Positions 1 to 9,226 of a stretch of DNA of 64,000 nt are shown piece by piece. The notes under the pieces are model-generated. The model had not been told where the DNA came from. It made no database searches and worked only from the letters and a program-made list of their open reading frames with translations. Within the stretch, counting starts at the first letter, position 1. Every line of letters starts with the position of its first letter. The translations under genes were made by a program, and so were the position numbers. The stretch comes from Chloracidobacterium sp. (GTDB taxonomy: Bacteria > Acidobacteriota > Blastocatellia > Pyrinomonadales > Pyrinomonadaceae): NCBI GenBank assembly GCA_043788335.1, contig JAYVUD010000266.1, forward strand, positions 1,332 to 65,331. Direction: 5' to 3'.

Positions 1-983
1 CGCTCGTGACCGGACTGCTCTGTGGGAAATTGATCGAGAAGGGCGAGATCGACCTAAACGATCCCATCTCAAAGTACTTTCCCGGATTTGGCACGACCGA
101 AAAAAAGAACATCACGATTCGGACGCTCGCGGCACACATATCGGGTTTACGCTCGTGGCGACCGTTTTACCTGGCGAAAAACGCACCGAGCGTCAGCACC
201 AATCACCATATGGGCGAGACCAACCGGGCGATTAAGGATTTTGTGCTGAGCGAGATCGCACGGCGGCCGCTGGTCAAGGCGACGGGTGCCCAGGTTATCT
301 ATAGCGATCTCAACTATATCCTGCTCGGATTTTTGGTCGAAAAGATCTACGGGCGCGACCTCAATTATATTCTGATAACTGAGTTTTTCGAGAAACTCGG
401 GCTTTTCGGCACGTGTTTTGGCGGAACCAAAACTCTCAGGGAGGAAATGGCCGCGAGTGAAAAGGGAAATGAGTTTGAAAAGCAGACAAGTATCCAGACG
501 GGATTTATATCGGCGGACTCGCCGGAGGCCCGAACGGCGTTTCGTAAGGAACAGATCTGGGGCGAGGTGCACGACGGGAACGCATATTTTATGGGCGGTG
601 TCGCGGGACACGCCGGATTATTTTCAAATGCGGAAGAGACGTTCAAGATCGCTCAACAGTTTTTGCCAAATTATACATCGCTGCTGCTGCCGGAAACCTG
701 CGAGCTTTTTCGCCGTGACCTGACGAACGGGATAAACGAGGACCGTGCTCTCGGGTTTCAACTCGCGTCGTCGCCGGACACAGCGGCGGGGCCCGATCTG
801 CCGTCATCGAGCTTTGGCCACCTGGGATTTACCGGGACCAGCCTGTGGATCGATCCGGTCAAGAAGCGGGTCTTCATATTGTTGACGAACCGAACACACG
901 ATCACGGGCTGCCGTTTGTGAATATAAATTCGGTGCGGCGGCAATTTCACAGCCTGGCAGTTGCCGACCTAAATGGAAATTAG
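1..983 (+). CDS. serine hydrolase, beta-lactamase family (5' end cut by window edge)
   Basis: ORF 6..983 is open to the window start. The sequence (GLLCGKLIEKGEIDLNDPISKYFPGF ... HLGFTGTSLWIDP) is typical of the class C beta-lactamase/esterase fold. The S-x-x-K motif would lie upstream of the window. Confidence 0.8.
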   Translation, partial: LVTGLLCGKLIEKGEIDLNDPISKYFPGFGTTEKKNITIRTLAAHISGLRSWRPFYLAKNAPSVSTNHHMGETNRAIKDFVLSEIARRPLVKATGAQVIYSDLNYILLGFLVEKIYGRDLNYILITEFFEKLGLFGTCFGGTKTLREEMAASEKGNEFEKQTSIQTGFISADSPEARTAFRKEQIWGEVHDGNAYFMGGVAGHAGLFSNAEETFKIAQQFLPNYTSLLLPETCELFRRDLTNGINEDRALGFQLASSPDTAAGPDLPSSSFGHLGFTGTSLWIDPVKKRVFILLTNRTHDHGLPFVNINSVRRQFHSLAVADLNGN

Positions 984-1063
984 GTGCAACCGAAAACAGT
1001 ATTTTTTAATCATAATGGTCGCTTTCCCCAAGCTAAAGTTTTTGGCGTGAGGATGATCAAACG

Positions 1064-2266
1064 ATGAACAAATTGGTTGCAGCCGTACTATTGTCAACAT
1101 TGTCGGTTATCGGTGTTTTCGCACAGCAAAACACATCGGTCAGGCCGCGGGTGGCAACACCGTCCAAACCGCCCGTGCTGGTTGGCGGTGCAGCCGGACA
1201 AACGCGTTCGGACGGACCGCCGGTGCTGATAAACAGCCGCGGTTCGGGCCAACCATCTGTCACGCCCACGCCGGCGACGGGCAGCGAAGATGAGGTCATC
1301 AAGGTGGAGACCAACCTAGTGACCCTGCCGGTGGCCGTGCTCGACCGGGACGGCCGCTTTATCTCGGGGCTCGGACAGCGTGATTTTAAGATCTTTGAAA
1401 ACGGGATCGAGCAAAAGGTCGACTATTTTCAGTCGGTCGAGCAGCCGTTCACCGTCATTTTGCTCATCGACGTCAGTCCGTCTACGGCGTTCCGAATCGA
1501 AGAGATTCAGGAGGCGGCGATCACTTTTGTCAATCAGCTTCGCCCGAGCGACCGCGTGATGGTGATCGCGTTTGACCAGAACGTCCACGTGTTGAGCCCG
1601 ATCACAAATAACCGCAACCAACTGCGTGAAGCGATCCGCGAGGCCCGGTTTGGCGACGGCACGAGCCTTTACGAAGCCGTCGATTACGCGATCAACCAGC
1701 AGTTGAGGCAGATACAAGGCCGTAAAGCCGTGGTGCTGTTCACGGATGGCGTGGACACGACGTCGAGGCGGGCTTCGTATCAGAGCACGGTGGCGGAAAC
1801 CGAGGAGATCGATTCGCTCTTCTACACGATCCGATACGATACCTCGCAAGATATGAACGGCGGTTGGGGATCTCCGCGGGGCGGCGGACGCCGTAGCGGC
1901 GGCGGTACGATGGCAGATATTCTGGGAGCGATCCTGTCGGGCGGCAACGTCAATATCGGCGGCGGATCGCCGGGCGGAGCGAGCTCGTCAGACTATGAAA
2001 AGGGGCGGCAGTATCTCGAGGCTCTCGCTCAGAACAGCGGCGGGCGCAAATTTGAGGCGTCGTCGCTCACAAACGTGGACGCCGCGTTCTCAGGCATCGC
2101 CGAGGAACTGCGGCGGCAATATTCTCTCGGTTACTATCCTGACGCCGTTGGAAAAGTAGGCGACCGCAAACAGATCAAAATACGTGTGATGCGGCCCAGC
2201 GTGGTGGTCCGCGCCAAGACGAGCTATATCGTCGGCCAGACGAACCGTTCCGTCGCGGGAAAGTAG
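1064..2266 (+). CDS. secreted VWA-domain protein (VWFA-related acidobacterial domain type, TIGR03436-like)
   Basis: Signal peptide MNKLVAAVLLSTLSVIGVFAQ. Family-typical block IKVETNLVTLPVAVLDRDGRFISGLGQRDFKIFENGIEQKVDYF, then a MIDAS-like VILLIDVSPS and LFTDGVDT. Gly-rich linker. Confidence 0.85.
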   Translation: MNKLVAAVLLSTLSVIGVFAQQNTSVRPRVATPSKPPVLVGGAAGQTRSDGPPVLINSRGSGQPSVTPTPATGSEDEVIKVETNLVTLPVAVLDRDGRFISGLGQRDFKIFENGIEQKVDYFQSVEQPFTVILLIDVSPSTAFRIEEIQEAAITFVNQLRPSDRVMVIAFDQNVHVLSPITNNRNQLREAIREARFGDGTSLYEAVDYAINQQLRQIQGRKAVVLFTDGVDTTSRRASYQSTVAETEEIDSLFYTIRYDTSQDMNGGWGSPRGGGRRSGGGTMADILGAILSGGNVNIGGGSPGGASSSDYEKGRQYLEALAQNSGGRKFEASSLTNVDAAFSGIAEELRRQYSLGYYPDAVGKVGDRKQIKIRVMRPSVVVRAKTSYIVGQTNRSVAGK

Positions 2267-2338
2267 GGCCGTAACATTTGAAGGCGGATTGGGAGTATTC
2301 GTTTCGGCGAATATTTCTGTGCCGATTGCATCCATATC

Positions 2339-2379
2339 ACCGCAAACGTGCATCCAAATGACGGTCTTGCGGTTTTTTT
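2339..2379 (+). terminator. possible intrinsic terminator/attenuator between the two VWA paralogs
   Basis: ACCGCAA (2339..2345) pairs with TTGCGGT (2367..2373), followed by T6. The loop is long (21 nt) and the next start codon is 4 nt after the T-run. Confidence 0.3.
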
Positions 2380-2382
2380 CTA

Positions 2383-3564
2383 ATGCCATCAAGGATTCTA
2401 ATTTCCGTGGTCGTTTTGACGATGATCGCTGTCGGCATCGCGGCGGGCCAATCGTCGCGCGGTGTACCGACGACCGGCGTTAAGGCGAATCAACGCCCGG
2501 CGGCTTCGCCTACACCCTTATCAACTCCGGAGGCGACATCCTCGACTGCCGCCAATGCCCCGGGCGGATCCGCCTCAGCCGGTGCGGTGGATGACGGCGA
2601 GGTCATCAGCGTCAATACCCAACTCGTCTCGGTGCCGGTCCGCATTATGGACAAGCGGGGACGATTTATATCGGGACTGACCAAAGAAAAATTTAAGGTT
2701 TTCGAGGACGGCGTCGAACAAGAAGTAGCGATGTTCGCGAACGAACGCGATCCGTTTACGGTCGCGTTGGTGCTCGATATGAGCTACTCGACGAAATTCA
2801 AGATCTCCGAGATCCAGGCGGCGGCGATCGCATTTATCGACCAACTGAGGCCTCACGACCGGGTCACGGTGATCTCTTTTGACGGGGAGACCCACATCCT
2901 CTGCGACGCGACCAGCGACCGAAAGGAGATATACTCGGCGATCAAGAGTACGAAGATCGGGACCGGTACGAGCCTGTATGATGCCATCGACGTGATCGTC
3001 AACGAGCGGATGCGTAAGATCGAAGGACGAAAAGCGATAATCCTGTTCACTGACGGCGTCGACACGACCAGCCAAAAGGTCTCGGATCTCAGCAACCTGC
3101 GGGACGTGCTCGAACTCGATTCGCTGATCTACCCGATCCGCTACGATACGTATGCCGATGTTCAGGCGATGTTGAACAAGCCGGTCGGACAGGTTCCGCC
3201 GATATCGAGCCCGATACCGGGTTCGGACGACAGTATCTTCAAAAAGATAATGGGCGGGGTCGCAACACCGAGCTCAAAGGGCACGACTGTCGAAGATTAC
3301 GCTAAGGCTCAGGAATACCTCGATCAACTCGCGATACGCACCGGCGGACGCGAGTACCTAGCCGATTCGCTCGGCAATCTGTCGGACGCATTTACCAAGA
3401 TCGCCAGCGAACTTCGCGAATTTTACAGCATCGGCTACTATCCCATCACCGAACGGGTCGCCGGCAAGCGAACGTCGGTCAAGGTCCGCGTGAGCGAACC
3501 CGGCGTGGTCGTTCGGGCCCGCGACGGCTACCTGATGCGGCCAAAGACGGTCAAGAAACGCTAA
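2383..3564 (+). CDS. secreted VWA-domain protein, paralog of 1064..2266
   Basis: Same architecture as the upstream gene: ISVNTQLVSVPVRIMDKRGRFISGLTKEKFKVFEDGVEQEV, VALVLDMSYS, LFTDGVDT. Confidence 0.85.
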   Translation: MPSRILISVVVLTMIAVGIAAGQSSRGVPTTGVKANQRPAASPTPLSTPEATSSTAANAPGGSASAGAVDDGEVISVNTQLVSVPVRIMDKRGRFISGLTKEKFKVFEDGVEQEVAMFANERDPFTVALVLDMSYSTKFKISEIQAAAIAFIDQLRPHDRVTVISFDGETHILCDATSDRKEIYSAIKSTKIGTGTSLYDAIDVIVNERMRKIEGRKAIILFTDGVDTTSQKVSDLSNLRDVLELDSLIYPIRYDTYADVQAMLNKPVGQVPPISSPIPGSDDSIFKKIMGGVATPSSKGTTVEDYAKAQEYLDQLAIRTGGREYLADSLGNLSDAFTKIASELREFYSIGYYPITERVAGKRTSVKVRVSEPGVVVRARDGYLMRPKTVKKR

Positions 3565-3633
3565 CGGCGCGCCTCGGACAGGGGCGAGACCTATCCCGGT
3601 GCACAGCGATAATTACGCGGCCGATCAGCTCCG

Positions 3634-4929
3634 CTAGACCACGGTTCCGTCTACGACCACCGCATTTTTGGGGATAATGATGATGCCGTCGCGAATGTAA
3701 TACGTCTTGTCGGGGTGGTCGTAATTTTGAATATTCTCCTGATTGACCAGCCTGACATTATTTCCGATCCGCACGTTTTTATCGATGATCGCCCGGCGAA
3801 TGACCGTGTTTTGGCCAATACCTATTGGCGGTTTTCCGGCGCTTATATTCTTGCGGATCTCGGTTATCGCTTCAAAAAAGTCGGCACCCATGACGATCGT
3901 GTCCTCGATATCGGTGCCGAGGTCGATCCGGCTGCGGAGTCCGATGATCGAGCGGCGGGCTCTAACCCCGTTTAGGATACAGCCCTCGCTGACCATTGAT
4001 TTATCGATATCGCAGCCCTGCAGCTTTGACGGAGGCAGATAGCGGCTGCGGGTATAGATCGGGGCAGAAGTGTCAAAAAAGTTAAATTTGGGCAGCGGCG
4101 ACGCAAGGTCCAGGTTTGCTTCGTAAAAGGAACGGATCGTTCCAATATCTTCCCAGTAATCCTTGAAGAGAAAGGCTTGGACGTTATGAGAGCGGATGGT
4201 CGCGGGTATGATCTCGCGGCCAAAATCCACCCAGGAATTGTCGGTCTTGAGCAGTTCGACGAGGCGGTCGTAGTTAAATACGTAAATACCCATCGACGCA
4301 AGATAGGGGCGAGCCTCGGCCTCCTCTGCGGTTAGGCCAAAACCGGTTGTGTCGACCCGCATTTCCTCAAGCGCGTCGCCCGTCGGTTTTTCCTTAAATT
4401 CAACGATCGCACCGTTTTCGTCAGTCTTGAGCAGGCCAAATTCGCTGGCTTCATTCGGGCGGCACGGGACGACCGAAACGGTCAGGTCCGCCCCAGTCTC
4501 GAAATGACGGTCGAGGAACTTACGGTAGTCCATCCGGTAAAGATGGTCGCCCGAGAGTATCAAAAGGGTGTCCACACGCCAATCACGCAGGTGCGGCAGC
4601 ATCTGTCGAACAGCGTCGGCGGTGCCCTGGAACCATTCGGGGTTGTCCTTGGTCTGCTCGGCGGCGAGAACCTCGACGAAGCCGGTCGAAAAGCTCGAAA
4701 ATCTATAGGTTCTCGATATGTGGCGGTTTAACGAAGCCGAATTGTATTGCGTCAGAACGAAGATCTGCGTGATCTGCGAGTTAATACAGTTGGAAACCGG
4801 AACGTCGATCAGCCGATATGTGCCGCCCAGCGGAACGGCAGGTTTTGAACGTTCTCCGGTTAACGGAAACAGTCTCGAACCGGCTCCGCCGCCGAGTATA
4901 ACCGCAACGACATTTTCGTATTGACCCAT
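3634..4929 (-). CDS. glgC: glucose-1-phosphate adenylyltransferase
   Basis: N-terminus [44 protein letters not shown] and a left-handed beta-helix C-terminus; 431 aa. Confidence 0.95.
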   Translation of the reverse strand: MGQYENVVAVILGGGAGSRLFPLTGERSKPAVPLGGTYRLIDVPVSNCINSQITQIFVLTQYNSASLNRHISRTYRFSSFSTGFVEVLAAEQTKDNPEWFQGTADAVRQMLPHLRDWRVDTLLILSGDHLYRMDYRKFLDRHFETGADLTVSVVPCRPNEASEFGLLKTDENGAIVEFKEKPTGDALEEMRVDTTGFGLTAEEAEARPYLASMGIYVFNYDRLVELLKTDNSWVDFGREIIPATIRSHNVQAFLFKDYWEDIGTIRSFYEANLDLASPLPKFNFFDTSAPIYTRSRYLPPSKLQGCDIDKSMVSEGCILNGVRARRSIIGLRSRIDLGTDIEDTIVMGADFFEAITEIRKNISAGKPPIGIGQNTVIRRAIIDKNVRIGNNVRLVNQENIQNYDHPDKTYYIRDGIIIIPKNAVVVDGTVV

Positions 4930-5082
4930 ATATCTAATAAAGCTGAAGTTTCGCTAAGTTGAGACAAGAATAGCTGTAAACCGTGTGGTTTTTCAAGACG
5001 CAACGCCGTGTTTCACCGCTAATTATGAACTTTGTAATTTACAAATCGTAAGCGGTATTTGATAATTCGAGAGGCAAAAAAG

Positions 5083-5844
5083 ATGTGGTACTGGGTAAAG
5101 ATCTTGTTTTTGGTGTTCGCGGGTGCGGTAGCCGTGTGGATCGGCTACGAGGTACTGACGTTTCCGAGCATCTCAAAGCTACGCAATGAAAATCCGACGA
5201 CGAGTTCGATGATCGAGTTTCGCATCTCCGAGGCGGTTGCGGCCGGCAAGGAACCCAAGAAGGCGATGATCTGGACGCCGATGGAACAGATCTCTCCAAA
5301 TCTGCAGCGGGCGGTGCTCGCCGGTGAGGATGCACGGTTTTTCGAGCATCACGGATTTGATTGGGACGCGATCCAAAAGGCGTGGGACGAGGGCGTAAGA
5401 GAGGGTGAAAAAGAAGCCCGCGAAGACGGCGATTATGACCCCGACAACTGGATACCGCCCATGCCGAGTTTTAAGCGAGGAGCCTCGACGGTCTCACAAC
5501 AGCTTGCCAAAAATCTCTTTTTGTCCGAAGACCGTAATTTTCTAAGAAAAGGCCGCGAGGCTCTCTACACCTATTTTCTCGAGCGTCAGCTCTCCAAAAA
5601 GCGCATCCTCGAAATCTATCTGAACGTCATCGAGTGGGGCGACGGTATCTATGGTGCCGAGGCCGCGTCGCGATACTATTTCAAAAAGAGCGCCTCCGAC
5701 CTGACCAAAGACGAAGCCGCGTTCCTCGCAGCGATGATCCCGAGCCCGCTAAACGTCTTTAACCCCGCCAAAAACCGCAAACGCGTCGTGCGACGGCAAA
5801 AGGTAATCCTGCGGGGAATGAACTCGATCAAGCTGGCTTTTTAA
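5083..5844 (+). CDS. mtgA: monofunctional peptidoglycan glycosyltransferase (GT51)
   Basis: GT51 motifs EDARFFEHHGFDW and GASTVSQQLAKNLFL. I prefer ATG 5083 (purine-rich GAGAGG upstream) over the track's TTG at 5059. Confidence 0.9.
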   Translation: MWYWVKILFLVFAGAVAVWIGYEVLTFPSISKLRNENPTTSSMIEFRISEAVAAGKEPKKAMIWTPMEQISPNLQRAVLAGEDARFFEHHGFDWDAIQKAWDEGVREGEKEAREDGDYDPDNWIPPMPSFKRGASTVSQQLAKNLFLSEDRNFLRKGREALYTYFLERQLSKKRILEIYLNVIEWGDGIYGAEAASRYYFKKSASDLTKDEAAFLAAMIPSPLNVFNPAKNRKRVVRRQKVILRGMNSIKLAF

Positions 5845-5860
5845 CGCGGCGGATATATGG

Positions 5861-6739
5861 TCATCGAGCCCGCGTCCCAATCGCGGTCATTCCCTCGCAC
5901 ATCTGATGGATAGTGACCTTGTCGGCCTCGCCCGGGTTAACGATACGACGATAGAGTTTCCATTCGTGCCCGGCGGCATCTTTGACCAGGATACCGTCGA
6001 TCTTTGCGGTTCCCTCTTTTGCACCTTCGAGTTTCGCGTCAGTTATCCATCTGCCTTTTACCGGAGGTTTGCCGCCGGTTTGATACCAGGTGTAAGTGCC
6101 GTCGCCGTTGATCTGAATATCATTAGATTTGCCCCACGAGATTGAACCATTCGATATCCCAACGGTCGTCATCGACCATTTGCCGACCAGGAAGCTAATC
6201 TCGGGAGCCCCGACAGAGATCGTCGCCGATGGCCGCACCTGCTCCCGATCTACCCACTCGTCCCAGTACGGCTTACAGCCGGTGTAATGGATCTTGTATC
6301 GCCCGTTGCCAACCTCGATAATGGTTCCGCGATCCTTTCCGCGGACGCCGCCATAAAGTTTTGCGTCGTAAAATACATCGGCGAGATCACCGGCTTTCAA
6401 CGGCCCGCCGTTTACGGGTGGTCGATCGTTTCCACCCGGTGGCTTATCAATTGGCACATCGCGGGGAGGTTGTGGAACAGCACGGATACGGTCTGACAGA
6501 GCATTCCACTCCGGGTTTGCCGCGTTAGGGTCATCGATGTGGATCCGGTAGGCGTAACCATCGCCATACTCGCCCCAAGCGGAAACCCGCAACACAGTTG
6601 CCGGCACCCAAACCGAGGACATATTCCTGACTTCGACCTTGTCGCCGACCTTGAATTGCGGTTGATTTTGAGCAAGAGTGACCAATGAACAGGCCAGCAG
6701 CAGACCACTTACAAAAAGTGATATCCAATATTGTCGCAT
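5861..6739 (-). CDS. hypothetical secreted protein with two Tudor/SH3-like beta-barrel-looking segments
   Basis: ORF 5861..6889. I prefer the internal ATG at 6739, which is followed by a signal-like peptide (MRQYWISLFVSGLLLACSLVTLAQ). Two K-x-GD-x-V-x-V blocks. I recognise no family. Confidence 0.6.
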   Translation of the reverse strand: MRQYWISLFVSGLLLACSLVTLAQNQPQFKVGDKVEVRNMSSVWVPATVLRVSAWGEYGDGYAYRIHIDDPNAANPEWNALSDRIRAVPQPPRDVPIDKPPGGNDRPPVNGGPLKAGDLADVFYDAKLYGGVRGKDRGTIIEVGNGRYKIHYTGCKPYWDEWVDREQVRPSATISVGAPEISFLVGKWSMTTVGISNGSISWGKSNDIQINGDGTYTWYQTGGKPPVKGRWITDAKLEGAKEGTAKIDGILVKDAAGHEWKLYRRIVNPGEADKVTIHQMCEGMTAIGTRAR

Positions 6740-6934
6740 TAATTTTCTCGCACTGACTCTGCTTCGAAAGTGCACTGCCGCTTTCGACCGGGCGATGATT
6801 CTCGGGTACTTGTTGAGACCCCAAAAGAACCACAAAAAAAGATGAGAACTCATTGCGTACGAGAATACACCCGAAACGCCGTATTGCATAGCCGGATGGC
6901 CGCCGCAACAGCCTTAGTATTTCCGTCGGCTATC

Positions 6935-7034
6935 ATCCCGAGCCCTCTAACGTCTTTAACCCGGCCAAAAACCGCAAACGCGTCGTGCGTCGGCAAAAGG
7001 TAATCCTGCGGGAGATGAACTCGATCAAACTGGC
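6935..7034 (+). pseudogene. degenerate duplicate of the mtgA 3' end
   Basis: Hand alignment to 5737..5837 shows 6 substitutions and one 1-nt deletion over about 101 nt. It translates in two frames as ..IIPSPL.. and ..RRQKVILREMNSIKLA. Confidence 0.75.
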
Positions 7035-7094
7035 GTACAAGTCGGCGAACGGAGATGCCGGCAGTGTCGATGCTCCAAGCGTCCGACGCCAGTA

Positions 7095-9041
7095 TTATTC
7101 GAAATTCATCCGGCGCATCAACTCGATAAAGCTCGGCTGGTCGCGGAGATTGTTCCATTTTGGATCGACCTTGATGAAGACCATCAGCACATTCTTTTCG
7201 GCATAGGCTTTTTCCAAATAGCTGAGAGCGGTGTCGGTTTCGCCGAGGGCGTTGTAAATGATCGCGAAATTATACGCGGGGACGTATCTCTCGGTTGATA
7301 ATGCGTGCAATTCAGCAAGGACGGTTCGAGCGCCGGCGACATCGCCGGACTTTGCCAACGCACAGCCTTTGACGGCGATGGGTTGCGAATTGCCGCCGGA
7401 AAACTGGGCCGCCATAGCCGCTTCGGCAACGGCTTCGGCGTACATTTGCTTTTCGATGTAAATGTTGGAAAGGATAAGATGGGAGTGCCAAAAGTTTGGA
7501 TTGAGGTCGAGCGTTTTGTTTAGTCTAGAAACCGCCTCATCCGTGTATCCGGCGTAATAGAGGTATTGCCCCTCGGCCGAGTTGGTAATGAGCGAAAGCG
7601 GGTCCAGTTCGCGGGCGCGTTTGCCGAGCCTCACAGCTTCCGCGTTTTGGCCCAAGATCGACTTAAGATTGCCGTAGTAGAAATACGCAAATGCGTTGTT
7701 CGGGTCTAGTTCGAGCGCTCGTTGATATTTTTTTTCGGCTTCGGCGAAGTTCCAATCGTACCAGAACGCAAGTATTCCAACCGCGACCTGCGAGTCGGGC
7801 AGGTCGGGGTCGATCTCGACAGCCTTTTGCGCCGCCAATTTCGCTTTCGGCATCGCCTCGTTCGCCGGAACGTCGCCCGTCAGTGAAAACGCGGTGTAGG
7901 CCTGGGCAATACCGACATAAGCAAGAGCGTAATTCGGATCGATCGCGATCGCCTGATTATAATATTCAATACCCTTTTTGGCTTCGGGCAATATCAACCG
8001 GGAGACGTGAAATCGTCCCTTCATGTAGAGCTGATATGCTTCGACATTTGCGGTATCGCGTCGTTTCAGCCGCGTCTGAGCTTCACCGCTAAGCTGTAAG
8101 GTCAACGCCGACAGGACCCTCTGCGAAATTGAATCCTGGACGGAAAAGATGTCCGTTAATTTTTCATCAAACGTTTCCGTCCACAATTGCTTTCCGTCAA
8201 TTATCCGTACGAGCCTAGCGGCAATTCGGACGCGATCACCGGATGTTTGAATCGTCCCATCCAAAACAGAATCGACGCCAAGCTCGCGTCCGGCTTGCAG
8301 GACGTCTTGTTCTAAGTTGTTAAACCGCCGAACCGAACCAAGCGGGCGGACGATGATCGCTTCGCTAGAGCTGAACTTATTAATCAACGTATCTGCCATA
8401 CCGAGTTCTAACGATTCGCTGCGGTTTTCGATTACGAGCGGCTTGAATGGCAATACGGCGATCGACTTTATCGGCAAATTGGCCGATTGCTGGCCACCAC
8501 GCCATATGTAAAATCCGAGCGTTCCGAGGGCAAAGATAACGACGATCGTTAACGCGACGAACCAGAAGCGACTGGTTTGTAGATGCTTTGAAGTTTGTTG
8601 CTCAGGTACTAGTCTTTCGGTTCCTAACGCGGGTTCCGCACTGTAAATCAGTGCAATTTCATCGGCCGGTTTCTGCTCGTCCGCCGCCGATTGTGCTGCC
8701 GGGTTGTACGCGATCTCGCGCACCTCGGCAACAAACTTATAGCCGCGTCCCGGTATGGTGACGATAAAGCAATGTTGATTTTTAATTTCGCCGAGAACGC
8801 GTCGGAGAATTGAGATATTTTGACTGAGATTATTCTCCTCGACAATCGTATCCGTCCAGATCGCATTCAATAGTTCATCCTTTTCCAGGACTCGTCCACG
8901 ATTTTGAATTAAATACAGCAGCGTTTCAAAAACCTTCGGTTTTAACGGAACGGTTTCGCCATCTTGCTGCAAAAGCAAGTGTTTGGCCGCGTCAACGCGA
9001 AACTTGCCGAATTCATAGATTTGCGTTGCAGAAGCGTCCAT
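7095..9041 (-). CDS. CadC/ToxR-like transcriptional regulator: OmpR-type winged helix + TM segment + TPR domain
   Basis: N-terminus YEFGKFRVDAAKHLLLQQDGETVPLKPKVFETLLYLIQNRGRVLEKDELLNAIW. One TM (FWFVALTIVVIFALGTLGFYIW). C-terminal TPR repeats. Confidence 0.85.
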   Translation of the reverse strand: MDASATQIYEFGKFRVDAAKHLLLQQDGETVPLKPKVFETLLYLIQNRGRVLEKDELLNAIWTDTIVEENNLSQNISILRRVLGEIKNQHCFIVTIPGRGYKFVAEVREIAYNPAAQSAADEQKPADEIALIYSAEPALGTERLVPEQQTSKHLQTSRFWFVALTIVVIFALGTLGFYIWRGGQQSANLPIKSIAVLPFKPLVIENRSESLELGMADTLINKFSSSEAIIVRPLGSVRRFNNLEQDVLQAGRELGVDSVLDGTIQTSGDRVRIAARLVRIIDGKQLWTETFDEKLTDIFSVQDSISQRVLSALTLQLSGEAQTRLKRRDTANVEAYQLYMKGRFHVSRLILPEAKKGIEYYNQAIAIDPNYALAYVGIAQAYTAFSLTGDVPANEAMPKAKLAAQKAVEIDPDLPDSQVAVGILAFWYDWNFAEAEKKYQRALELDPNNAFAYFYYGNLKSILGQNAEAVRLGKRARELDPLSLITNSAEGQYLYYAGYTDEAVSRLNKTLDLNPNFWHSHLILSNIYIEKQMYAEAVAEAAMAAQFSGGNSQPIAVKGCALAKSGDVAGARTVLAELHALSTERYVPAYNFAIIYNALGETDTALSYLEKAYAEKNVLMVFIKVDPKWNNLRDQPSFIELMRRMNFE

Positions 9042-9226
9042 AACCGTCGATCAGAAACGTTCAGAAAAATTCATCGCGGTGTTAAAGATTTTCAGCACCT
9101 GTTTTGTAATTATGGCATAGATCAGACGTGATCAATGATTTTTCGGGTCAGATCAACAGCGGTCGAACGAATCGAGAGGATGTCCGCCGACGAACGGCAG
9201 TGACCTGGACGCAACGTGGAGCAATT

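Noticed and set aside
6770-7206. Track ORFs 6770..7003 and 6985..7206.
   Set aside because: They are translations of the frameshifted mtgA-end duplicate and of the antisense strand of the regulator's 3' end. They are not genes.
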